NCBI GenBank assembly: GCA_964016885.1
Contig: OZ024741.1
Location: forward strand, 267,530,001-267,594,000
Source of the DNA: Eledone cirrhosa
Lineage: Eukaryota
Length of the DNA: 64,000 nucleotides
Direction: 5' to 3'
The notes beneath the pieces were generated by a model. The model was given only the letters and a program-made list of their open reading frames with translations, did not search any database and was not told the origin of the DNA. Below are positions 53,868 through 64,000 of the stretch, one piece after another (position 1 is the stretch's first letter; each line of letters begins with the position of its first letter). A program made the translations under genes and the position numbers.

Positions 53868-54056
53868 TGAGGGTCAGCTGAAGAATTCATAGACTGACCA
53901 AGATACTCTCATGGAATGACCAAATGAGGTTTATTTTTCAACATAGTCCCTTGAAAGAAACCATGCAGTTATTAATAAGAAGAGTTGAAATTCCTGCATG
54001 CAAGATTTCACAGCTCTAGTATCCCTCCTTCATAGTCAACCTATGAACTTTTCATT
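53868..54056. mobile_element. Possible mariner-type MITE remnant
   Basis: Imperfect TIR TGAAGAATTCATAGACTGAC / GTCAACCTATGAACTTTTCA. Confidence 0.4.
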
Positions 54057-54082
54057 GGTGTGTACATGTCGTCTGTACATAT

Positions 54083-57000
54083 GATCATCATCGTTTAACA
54101 TCTATCTTCCACGCTAGCATGGGTTTAGACGGGAATTGTCCCACGTGAGGCAAGATTGGTTGTCTTGCTCGTGTAGGACTGTCTGGCAGGTTTTCTACAG
54201 CTGGATGCCCTTCCTAACACCAACCATGTTTACAGTGTGGACTGGGAGGTTTTTACCATGTTACCTACACGGCCACATTACAGCGTGGACTGGTTTTTTT
54301 GTTGTGACACCTACACGACCTCATTTATTTAGGACCGGATGTTGTGGTACCAACATAACTTTACAGAGAAAGAGGTGGTGTAGATGGGGGTGGGAGTAGG
54401 GGTAGTGGATTGGGGGTGTATTTTGGTTAAGAGGTGCCTACTGACTATAGGTTTCGCTTTGTACTTAGGCAAGGCGGGTCTTCTGTATTACTGCGTAGCG
54501 CCAAAGATCTCGGTCCAGTGACATTGTCTTAGAGAGGTGTAAGTGTGTAAGAGCGGAAATTATCAAATCATCCCCGGTTTTTCTGGGTCTGCCTACTCCG
54601 TAGCTTCCATCAATTTTGATCGCCCTACATTTTTTATACAGTTGTCGTCTTTCATGTGTCTCACGTGACCATACCAACATAGTCTTCTCTCAAGTAAACA
54701 GCATCTGATCCCTCTATAGCAGAGAACTCGTGTGTAGTATGAATGTAACAAGGAGACATGGTTTGTGTGTATAATATTTAATCAACAATTTAACAGTATA
54801 GTTGACATGTCAATGAATAAACGAAAGAATGAAGCAAAGTTAGTAGTTACCGTTTTGATTGCCAGGCAAACGCAGGCTGGCAGAAGACGCCTGGCGAAGG
54901 CCAGGCGCCGGAAGGGCAAATGGGAGAGTGAGAACTTAAAGTTATTAGTTCTATAGGGTTCTGACCGGAAGTTACAGAAAGGGTTCTACTTCCCGTCTAG
55001 ATGTTGTTAATCTATTGGGGTTGTGAGTCACAACAAGGGAGGCAACTGTTACATAACCTCCCGCCAGAATTTTAGAATATAAAAATCGAATGAAATATGT
55101 AGCAAGTTGGCGAGAATGTTGTAACAGGCATGAAAATTACGACAAAAGAATGTTTGCAAAAATCAATGATAGATATCAAGGTAGCCAACCGCTCTTGGCC
55201 AGAGAACGACTGGACATCTATCTATCCATCACCCAAAGATACAATGTAATAAAGTAAGAGAAGAGCTCAAAGTTCAAATGTACAAAATATAGTTCACAGG
55301 TGTGCAATCACATGACAGCAGGAAAGAAAGTGTGTTCCAGAGAATGAATGCAGGTGGTTTCTGTTCTGTGGTATATCGTGAAATTTCCAACCTCCGAATG
55401 GATTTTCTCACAGGAAGAGTGCTGCAAAAATAAATTCTCTGGCTTGTTCTGCTGGTTTTGGTTGTTGGTGAAGCTGTGTTGCTGTTGATGTTGTTGTCTC
55501 GCGGAGTGAGCGTATTCGGTGTTTAAATTCACAGTAAAAAAATTTTTTCAGAAAAAATGAGTTGCGCAAAGTGCTAGAAATAACAGCCGAAGTTGATGGT
55601 CGATGTTGAGAATGCGTTGACCTGGAAGGGTCAAGAGGCCAGCGACCAAAGAAATAAGCATTCTGAATAAATGCGCAGTTTTCAACGGCAAATTTACGTG
55701 GTAAATTTTTAAACCGGCAAATAGGAGAATATAGCTTAAGGCTGAAGAATCCTTGGCGAGAAACGTTATCTCTGGCGTGCGGCTATCTCTGTGAGTCGAG
55801 ATATCTCCGTGAGTTGAGAATTTGTGCTGCCTACACGTGCCAATACAAGGTTAAGTTAGGTTGAAAAAATAATATTTCTAACGCGCGAGAAAATGAAAGT
55901 GCAACAGGTCGTTGGCAGCAATTTTGAAAAAAATGTGTGTGTGAAAGTGACAATTATGAAAAAGAAAGGCTTCACTTAGCATAATTATTGGTGTGAACTT
56001 TGAAAAAAACTTGAACGATGAAGGAAACGATGAAAAAAAAAAGGCAATGGTTCATCGAAAATAAATGTTCCTGTTAAAATGTTTTAAAAAAAAAAGAAAT
56101 ATCAAATTTCTTTTTTTTTTTTTTTTTTTTTTGAAAGTGTTCGTTGTAGGAAACGAGAAACATATATATCGTGAAATGCGACAGTTAGTTGATGCGTGAG
56201 AAAAAAGTCTGTCTGAACGCGAATTTCACATGTGCGTGCTGTGTTCGTTTCTTGGAGAAACATATATATATATACAGCAAACTGCGACAGTTAGTTGATG
56301 CGTGAGAGAAAAAGTCTGTCTGCACGAAAGTTTCGCATGTGCGTTTCTTTGACTGAGTATTTCCATAGTTTGTCAATAAATTTGCTGTGTATTCGTAATG
56401 TTACTCACACAACACCAGATTCTGCTATTTTTTTCTTTTTTCAGGGTGTCACCAATGTAGCGAAGAACTCGTGTGTAGTATGAATGTAACAAGGAGACAT
56501 GGTTTGTGTGTATAATATTTAATCAACAATTTAACAGTATAGTTGACATGTCAATGAATAAACGAAAGAATGAAGCAAAGTTAGTAGTTACCGTTTTGAT
56601 TGCCAGGCAAACGCAGGCTGGCAGAAGACGCCTGGCGAAGGCCAGGCGCCGGAAGGGCAAATGAGAGAGTGAGAACTTAAAGTTATTAGTTCCATAGGGT
56701 TCTGACCGGAAGTTACAGAAAGGGTTCTACTTCCCGTCTAGATGTTGTTAATCTATTGGGGTTGTGAGTCACAACAAGGGAGGCAACTGCTACACCTCTT
56801 ATATCTAATTTCTCACTTAGTTCATTTATGCTTTGCAGTTCACGTATATTACTATTACACATCCAATGGAACATGCAAGCTTCGTTCCTCTCCAGTCTGC
56901 GCAGATCCTCTGCACACAAGGCCCATGTCTCACTGCCATGTAACATTGCTGTTCGTATGCAGGCATCATACAGCCTGCCTTTTATTTTTAGAGAGAACCC

Positions 57001-57314
57001 TTTAGCGCCCAATAGTGGTGTAAGCTCTCTGAACTGTTTCCATCCCGTACTGACTCTGGCTACTGTACTTTCAGAGCACCCTCCACCACTGCTGATTTTG
57101 TCACCCAGGTAACGGAAGGTGTCCACTATTTCTATAGAACCATCTGGGCAATGGAAGGAGCTAGTATCCTGTGGGCACTTGATACTACTTATTGCACCTG
57201 AGCACCAGCCACATATAAAATCTATGTTCTTAGTTAGCTTACCTTTGATCCCACTACATCTTTTATGCACTCCTTTCCTACACACTGAGTATGGCCATTT
57301 CCCAGAGGGGACCA
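54083..57314 (-). mobile_element. RTE family B 3' portion split by an LTR-element insertion
   Basis: 54083-54714 and 56795-57314 join to give a continuous RTE-B C-terminus and UTR. Confidence 0.92.
54715..56794 (-). mobile_element. Non-autonomous LTR retroelement (TRIM/LARD-like)
   Basis: 339-bp LTRs 54715-55053 and 56456-56794 with TGTAGC..GCTACA ends, 4-bp TSD CCTC, PBS-like TGGTGACACCC and PPT-like GGCGGGAGG on minus strand, no gag/pol ORF. Confidence 0.92.
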
Positions 57315-57370
57315 ATCGTTTATCAAATAATGGTAGTTAAGACGGAATTAATTCACCATAATTGTTTATT

Positions 57371-57421
57371 GCATTATATATATTTCTGTTACATGGTTAT
57401 TCATGTGACTTCATCAGATTC
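57371..57421 (-). ncRNA. Type-I hammerhead ribozyme
   Basis: gaat-CTGATGA-a gtcacatg aataac catgtaac a-GAAA-tatata-TA-atgc-AATAAA. Confidence 0.7.
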
Positions 57422-57522
57422 TTGCGCAATCATTGTTTCAGTTATGCCATCATTGTGAAATACCGGTGGCCATGCATGTCCATCCAGTAATGAAGTGGTT
57501 TGGCATATATATATATATATCT

Positions 57523-57960
57523 ATCATCATCATCATCATCATACGTCCGCTTTTCCCTGCTTGCAAGGGTTGGACGAGTCCTATTCAGCACAGCATCTCT
57601 CCACTTGTCACGGTCCTTCGTCATCTCCTCGGTGAGTTTCAGCGATCTGAGGTCTGCTCTTACCACCTCTGCCCATGTTTTTCGTGGTCTACCTCTACTG
57701 CATCTTCTTTCTACTGGGATTTCTTGGCACTTCTTTACCCAGCGGTCATCCTCCATGCGCATCACATGTCCATACCATCTCAGCCTTCTCTCCTGCACAC
57801 CACAACTTATCCCTCTTATACCCAGTTTCTTTTTCAACTCGTCTATGCTTGGTCGTTCATGCACATTGACATTGCACATCCAACAGAACATACTTGCTTC
57901 ATTTCTCTCCAGCCGTCGCAAATCTTCTGCAGTTGCTGCCCATGTCTCACTACCATGCAG
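57523..57960 (-). mobile_element. RTE family A 3' fragment
   Basis: ORF 57442-57921 RTE C-terminus and tail. Confidence 0.9.
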
Positions 57961-58644
57961 TATATATAAACAAAGTGTAAATCAGCAGGTTAAAATTAAC
58001 TTTGTTTATTCATATTTGCTGTAATATATATTTCAGTGATAACCATTATTCAACAGCTATGACCTCATTTGACAATTAGAACTTAAACAGAAAAAAACAG
58101 AACAATATGATGGAACAAAGTTTACCTCCGTTATTTCGGTTCTTTGATATACCCTGGCCAGAAGTATGGTGTTGTTTTTTCAAAGAACTGATGGCATATG
58201 ATTTAGAATGAACAAATTCAAGCATCAGAAGAATATACCTTCCTCTCATTGGTCAGATACCAATACCAAGTCTATTGAATTTCTCTCCTTGAGAGAGGTC
58301 AGTCTGTTAGGGTTGTTTTTAACAACCAACTATAATAATAACTGTATATACATAGAAAATAGGGGTGTTCTGGTCTAGGTGACCTAATTGACCTTAGTGG
58401 CAGTGGTGTAAACATGTTACTACTACACCTCATTTTGCGGTAGTATTGGGGTTGTTAGTGAAGAATTCACTTATGTAGCCAGATATGGGTTCATTTGGGA
58501 ATGTGTATGCTTATCAATATTAAGAGTACTGATAGTAAGAGGTGTTAGAATTATAACTGTAGGTGTTAAAAATTATAATCCATATTGTAAATATATAATA
58601 CACACCCACACACACATATCTACGTACTTACACACATATATATA

Positions 58645-58980
58645 TCATCATCATCATTTTACGTCCACTTTTCCCTGCTTGCAAGGGTGGGACGGGAACT
58701 GATTCTGGCTTGATTTCTACAGCTGGATGCCCTTCCTAACACCAACCTCATTTACAGTGAGTGATGGGTGCTTTTTTGCCATGGCACCTCCACGACCACT
58801 TTGCAGTGGAATGATATGGACCCCAGTCCCTATCATCTCATTTCTACAGCTGAGTAAACTGGAGCAATGTGAAATAAAGTGTCTTGCTCAAGGAAACAAC
58901 ACATCACCCGGTCTGAGAATTGAACTCACAACCTTTCGATTGCAAGGCCAACGCTCTAACCACTAAGCCATGTGCCTCCA
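58645..58980 (-). mobile_element. RTE-partner tRNA SINE, full length
   Basis: Best-preserved copy: tRNA head, core, RTE motif, RTE-A tail. Confidence 0.88.
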
Positions 58981-59741
58981 TGTATGTATATGTATATATA
59001 TATATATATATATATAAATATATACACACACATGCACACACACATATATCTATATATATATACATATGTATCCATATGTAAACATATTTACGTACATATA
59101 TATACACACACACACACACACATATACGTATATAGATACACACATACACAGGCACATATGTACCCTTTAGAGGAATGGAAAAGAAATAATAGGTACGTTT
59201 TATTTACTTATCACAGTTAGTATTGACTTTTATGTGTGAAAGGAATTAGGTTGGAAGTAGCTTGTTTTTTGGAAAACCGGATCACAGACCGGGGGTGGAT
59301 AGTGAAGCCCGGTGATCGGAAATGTGGGGTGCATGGACATACTCAGGGTAGGATTTTGCCAACTTATATTATTTTGCTAAATAGCTACTGGCTGGTTACT
59401 TGGGTTAGAACTAAGGATGTGAAAAAGAAGGGTGAACCCCCTGCGTGGTAAGGCATGGGCCTAACTGCTAAGAAAGAGCGGCTCTGGGGTGTTTTTAAAT
59501 GTTAGTCGAGACAAGAAAAGAAGAGAGGAGAGAGGTAGGTTCAGTGGGTGGGGTTGGTGTCTCTGGCACTCAGTCTGAAGGGGTTGCTATTCATATAGCT
59601 TGAGGAAAGTTACCGTCCTTAGGTGTTGACATGCACCAAAGAAATGTGCCTTGCGATTGATTAAATTTATTCCACCACTGAGTATCTCAAGTGTCTCACT
59701 CAGACAGAGGCTGCAAATGCCAGACCTGTCTCCGTCTAGAG

Positions 59742-62379
59742 CACAGGTTCTCAACCCATTTAGGCCAAACGCCCTCTTTTGTCCCTTGAAATCACGACCC
59801 CCCCACACACACACACCCTATTTTTCCCTTTTCAATATACTACTGATTTTGATATCAGTAGATTACTAAAAAGTTTATTAACAATATTCAGGCAGCTGAG
59901 AGTACAAATACATTCCTTGAAAGGAAATATATAAATTTCAAAAAAAGGAACATAAATGTTCTTTTTTATGAATAAGGACCAGTTGAATTTGTTATATTCC
60001 CACCAGGCGATACCAGCTATTTTGAACATTTATACAAGAGCAACTCTGTCTATCCCAAGAGTGCTCTTATCTGGAAGAAAGTGGCAATTATATAATTTAA
60101 AAGCTTTCCAATTTCCCCTTTAATGAAACGGACAGAATAAATGTTGATATCAAACTTGATGTCCCCCTGCTTTGTGAGCTTAGAGACCACGGAAGAGGGT
60201 TTTCATGACCACGCGGGAGGGTATATTTATTAATAAATGGTAAAATATATACAACAAATGAGTAATTGAATTGTAGTAGATGGTTTCCAGTCCAGTCAGA
60301 CTGCAACTATAAATAAAAAAATTGTTAGTTTGCTTTGTAACAATAGCATATCCAAGTTTTCGTATAAATCAACTTACTTTAACTTTGACTCATTTCAATT
60401 GGACCCTTGAGCTTCATGGAGTCTAGCTAACTCTTTGACGTGAGGCTCAATTTTCCTAAGATGTAGCCAGAGATCTCCGCGTGTAATTACATTGTAGCGG
60501 TTGCGAGCCTTACTGTGCAGTCTGGAAACAACACCAAACCTCCTCTTGACTAAGTATGAGCTTGGAAAAGGCAGAGCAAATCTCTTAGCCTCTGCATGTA
60601 GGTGTGGAAATCAATGCTGAATTTCCTCTTGCATCCCAAAAAGGGGTTCACCTATTTTGGGAAATCTAATTTTGATCATGTCATCTGCTTGAAGTTCAAT
60701 GAATTCTTCCTGAAATTTAACGTCCAAATAGTCAACGTTAGCTATGAAAGCATCTGCTATCCACATTGGCATGTCCATCAACAAAAGGTTGACAAACCGT
60801 TCTCTCATGTTGTCTTGTAGCGCACGGAGGTGAGTGGTATAAATTTGGAGTTGGCCATCGCTTACAATGTTTTGAACATTGGCGACACTAGGAAAATTAT
60901 AGAATTCCCGTCAACAAAGATTCCTTTCGATGACATTCAATTTGGCCAGGAATGTTTTCACAGCATTCCTTGCTTTGAGCAAGGTGATGTTCTTCCCCTG
61001 CAAAGCCAAAATGATGCTATTGCATTTGTCGAAGATGTTGGTGAGGTAGGCGCAGTCTTGCCTCACATCGAGGGTTTTCTTGTATGGTTCTGTGTTGCGT
61101 CCTCGCAGAAACTCAATGATAGAGTCGAAGAGTTCAAAGAAGTGAGTAAAGCACTTGCCCTTTGAAAGCCACCTCACTTCAGTATGAAGGAGCAACTTGA
61201 TGAATTCTTCATCATTATCTTGGCACAGTTGCTGGAAAATTCATTCATTGAGGGAATGCCATTTGATAAAATTGATGACATCAATGGCCACCTGCAAGGA
61301 CTTGCTCAGAGGCTTGCTGAATTTCTTCGCAGCCAAGTGTTGTCGATGAATGACACAATGAACAACAAATACAGATAGATTTTCTCTCTTCAGAAGAGTG
61401 ACGAAGCCCTTATGTTGGCCGACCATTGCTCTTGCGTCGTCCATAGCACATGAAACAATGTGTGTTGTATGTGGTCCTAGATGTATGTATTACCTGCCTA
61501 TGTAGTCCTAGATGTATGTATTACCTGCTTATGTATTGCATGTGGTCCCAGCTGTATGTATTACCTGTTTGTGTGTTGTATATGATCCTAGATGTGTGTA
61601 TTACCTCCTTATGTGTTGTATGTGGTCCTAGATGTATGCATTACCTGATTGTGTTGTATGTGGTCCTAGATGTTTGTATTACCTGATTATGTGTTGTATG
61701 TGGTCCTAGATGTTTATATTACCTGCTTATGTGTTGTATGTGGTCCTAGATGTATGTATTACCTGCCTGTGTGTTTTATGTGGTCCTAGATGTGTGTGTG
61801 CTACCTCCTTATGTGTTGCATGTGGTCCTAGATGTGTGTATTACCTGCTTATGTGTTGTATATGGTCCTAGATGTGTGTGCTACCCGCTTCTGTGTTTTC
61901 TTCCTTTTTTTTATTTGTAATATTATTTATACAATAGGGAATAAAATAGATCTACATAGTGTTAACTCGTTACGGTTAAGTCAATAATTTCAGACATGAA
62001 ATACATTGTTATCGGTGAAGGAAAGATAAGATTCTAACTGGCTGCGCTCAAAGTGTCCTTGACCCAGATGACTGGGTTTTTTTCATTTTTAGGATCTCAA
62101 TTACCGGTTAATGTCTAGACACGCCTGCACACCTGCTCACAGCTGCGGTCAGACTATAGTTATGCAGTCTGCAAGCTCATTCAAATGCATTCACACTGGC
62201 TGTCTCAAAGACATACAAATATGGCTTATAAAACTTACCAAACTAAAGAGTCTTCCAGCGGCCCCTAGCCCCCCCCCCAAGTTCCAAGCGCCCCCCTAAC
62301 GCGACCTTGCTCCCAAACGCCACCCTGGAGTTCCGAAACGTCCCCCGGAGGTGCATATGCCCCCCGTTGAGAACCTTTG
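59742..62379 (-). mobile_element. hAT (Charlie/Buster-like) DNA transposon, defective
   Basis: TIR CA(C/A)AGGTTCTCAAC, 8-bp TSD GTCTAGAG (59734-41, 62380-87). Transposase pieces 60470-61444: AMVG, HCVIHRQHLAAK, LLHTEVRWLSKG, FPSSYLV. Confidence 0.93.
61459..61895. repeat. 40-bp minisatellite, about 11 copies
   Basis: Unit TGTGTTGTATGTGGTCCTAGATGTATGTATTACCTGCTTA. Confidence 0.92.
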
Positions 62380-63420
62380 GTCTAGAGGTACCTCCCTAAC
62401 TTTAAACCAAACCAAAGAGTACAGGGTCTTGTCCAGCTTGAGATTCCAGATCAGTTTGGAAAGGGCCGTATTTTTCCTTTTGTCGATCCTATTAAAGCAA
62501 TGGCGGTGATTATTCATCTGTCCTTGAAGCTCATAGATGTTACTCCTATGTATATATGCTCCGAGTTGGGGATTGAAACCCTTCACCCTTCACCAGGTAT
62601 TAATTTCTAAGGGGCATAATACGGAGTTTCTGCAGTTGCGTGAAGTGGTCAGCACCTGTATTTTTACTGTGGGATGTCAAATTTATATATATATATGAAA
62701 AGATTGAAGACCCCGACAGCTGAGATCTGGCAGTTTCTGCAGCTAGATCTGAACTAAAGTGCTAGTATTCAAGCAACGGGAATTTAACTGAATTCCTCAA
62801 GGTGTATAATCCATGTATGGGCAGACAGTCAAAGCAAAAAATATCTTAAACGTTCTCTTGTTTTTTTTTGTTTTTTTTCTGCGTGAGTGGTTAGTGATTG
62901 GGAGGGGGGGGTCTTTGTTCAAATGGCTGGTTTAGTCCTCCTAAATGTCTTGAATTATCTAGTTTTATTAAACTCATGGCAGCAAGGAAAGGGGCTAGGC
63001 AGGATAAAAAGCAAGAGGAAATGGGTAAGTAGACCCATTGACCTGAAGATGTTAAGCTAGTCAGTCATGCACACACGCTATTAAGAGAGAATTTTACCTT
63101 ATCAAATATTTCTAATCTGTAAAAATGGCATTGTACTTAACTACATTAGGTTCAAAAAGAAAAAACCAACGAGAGAAATTTTAATTTTGGGGCATTTAAG
63201 TCAAAGGGAATGGCATAGTGTATTTATGCGTTTGTTAATTTGCTTCTTATTTACGATTTGCTAAAAAGTTAAGCATTTATAATTTATTACTATTTTCCCT
63301 CCTCATAGAGAAATCTAGTTATCAATTGCTCTATGGCCTGGAAAAAGTGCCTTGTTCCCTAATCTACTTATTTCAAACACCAATAACTCTACCATTAATC
63401 TTAAAGATAGTTAAAGATAG

Positions 63421-63620
63421 AAGGGGGGATTGGCAGTATCGGTAGAGAGTCGGACGCCATGCTTTGACGCATAGTTACGGCCCTTGCCATTCTGAGTTCA
63501 AATCCCGCCGAGGTTAACTTTGCCTTTCATCCTTACGGGGTCGATAAAATAAAGTACCAGTAATGCACTGGGTAATTGGGTAAATGCACCAGTAATGCCC
63601 TGTGCCAAAAGTAGAAACAA
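63421..63620 (+). mobile_element. Nin-domain tRNA SINE, full length, with apparent TSD
   Basis: A-box TGGCAGTATCGG, B-box GAGTTCAAATCCC, Nin domain. ATTAATCTTAAAGATAGTT occurs on both sides. Confidence 0.8.
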
Positions 63621-64000
63621 TTAATCTTAAAGATAGTTCTAGTTATTTCAGTTCTTGTGCTATCATAATATAGCTAAGAATCTATAGTATTATGGATTCC
63701 TGTTTTATATAAGAAATACCGCAAAGTGTAATTTTAAAAGGTATATCAAAGCCATCGTAATACCTTAGCAAAAGGAAGTAATAGAATTGAATGCTAGTTA
63801 ATAGCTTTCTTTAACATTCTAACGCTGGAGATTTTGATGGTGCTTACGTACTGGCCTAATATATGTGTATATAATAGTACACATTTACTCTATATACCAA
63901 ACCTGTCATTGCTGCAGTACAGGAATTGTGGCGGTTAAACTTGTGCCTCGTGCTTAAGCTGTGAGTAATAGGTCTGTGCATGTATCAGAGCTATCTAATC

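Larger units (their letters stand above)
59585..62670 (-). mobile_element. Penelope-like GIY-YIG fragment split by hAT insertion
   Basis: 62388-62670 (CRN..CPL, YIG, TALSKLIWNLK) continues at 59587-59741 (CSLCLSE..LIN..CQH). Confidence 0.85.

Noticed and set aside
58018-58072. Relative of the 27137 hammerhead
   Set aside because: Core mutated to CAAATGA; inactive relic.
61459-61895. CRISPR-like regular repeat
   Set aside because: Head-to-tail units without unique spacers, eukaryotic context, no cas genes.

Overview
AT-rich, repeat-dominated animal DNA; the SINE/LINE content resembles an octopod cephalopod genome (inference). The only host-gene signal is two + strand exons (13874-13978, 18573-~18739) whose peptides resemble the C-terminus of FAM184A. 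The rest is nested mobile elements in (AT)n microsatellite: two abundant RTE-clade LINE families (A, B) with a PHD-type zinc finger inside the RT region, their partner tRNA-SINEs, Nin-domain SINEs, six Penelope-like (GIY-YIG) remnants, a Tx1/L1-like element inside (ATT)n, a non-coding LTR element, and a hAT (Charlie/Buster-like) transposon. The main hidden layer, invisible in the ORF track, is about two dozen type-I hammerhead-ribozyme motifs, folded by eye on both strands. About 15 look well formed. They come from many unrelated sequence families, often sit in fold-back inverted repeats, usually have palindromic stem III, and include U3:A8 and U4C core variants. No search or folding program was run; boundaries are read by eye and may be off by a few bases.
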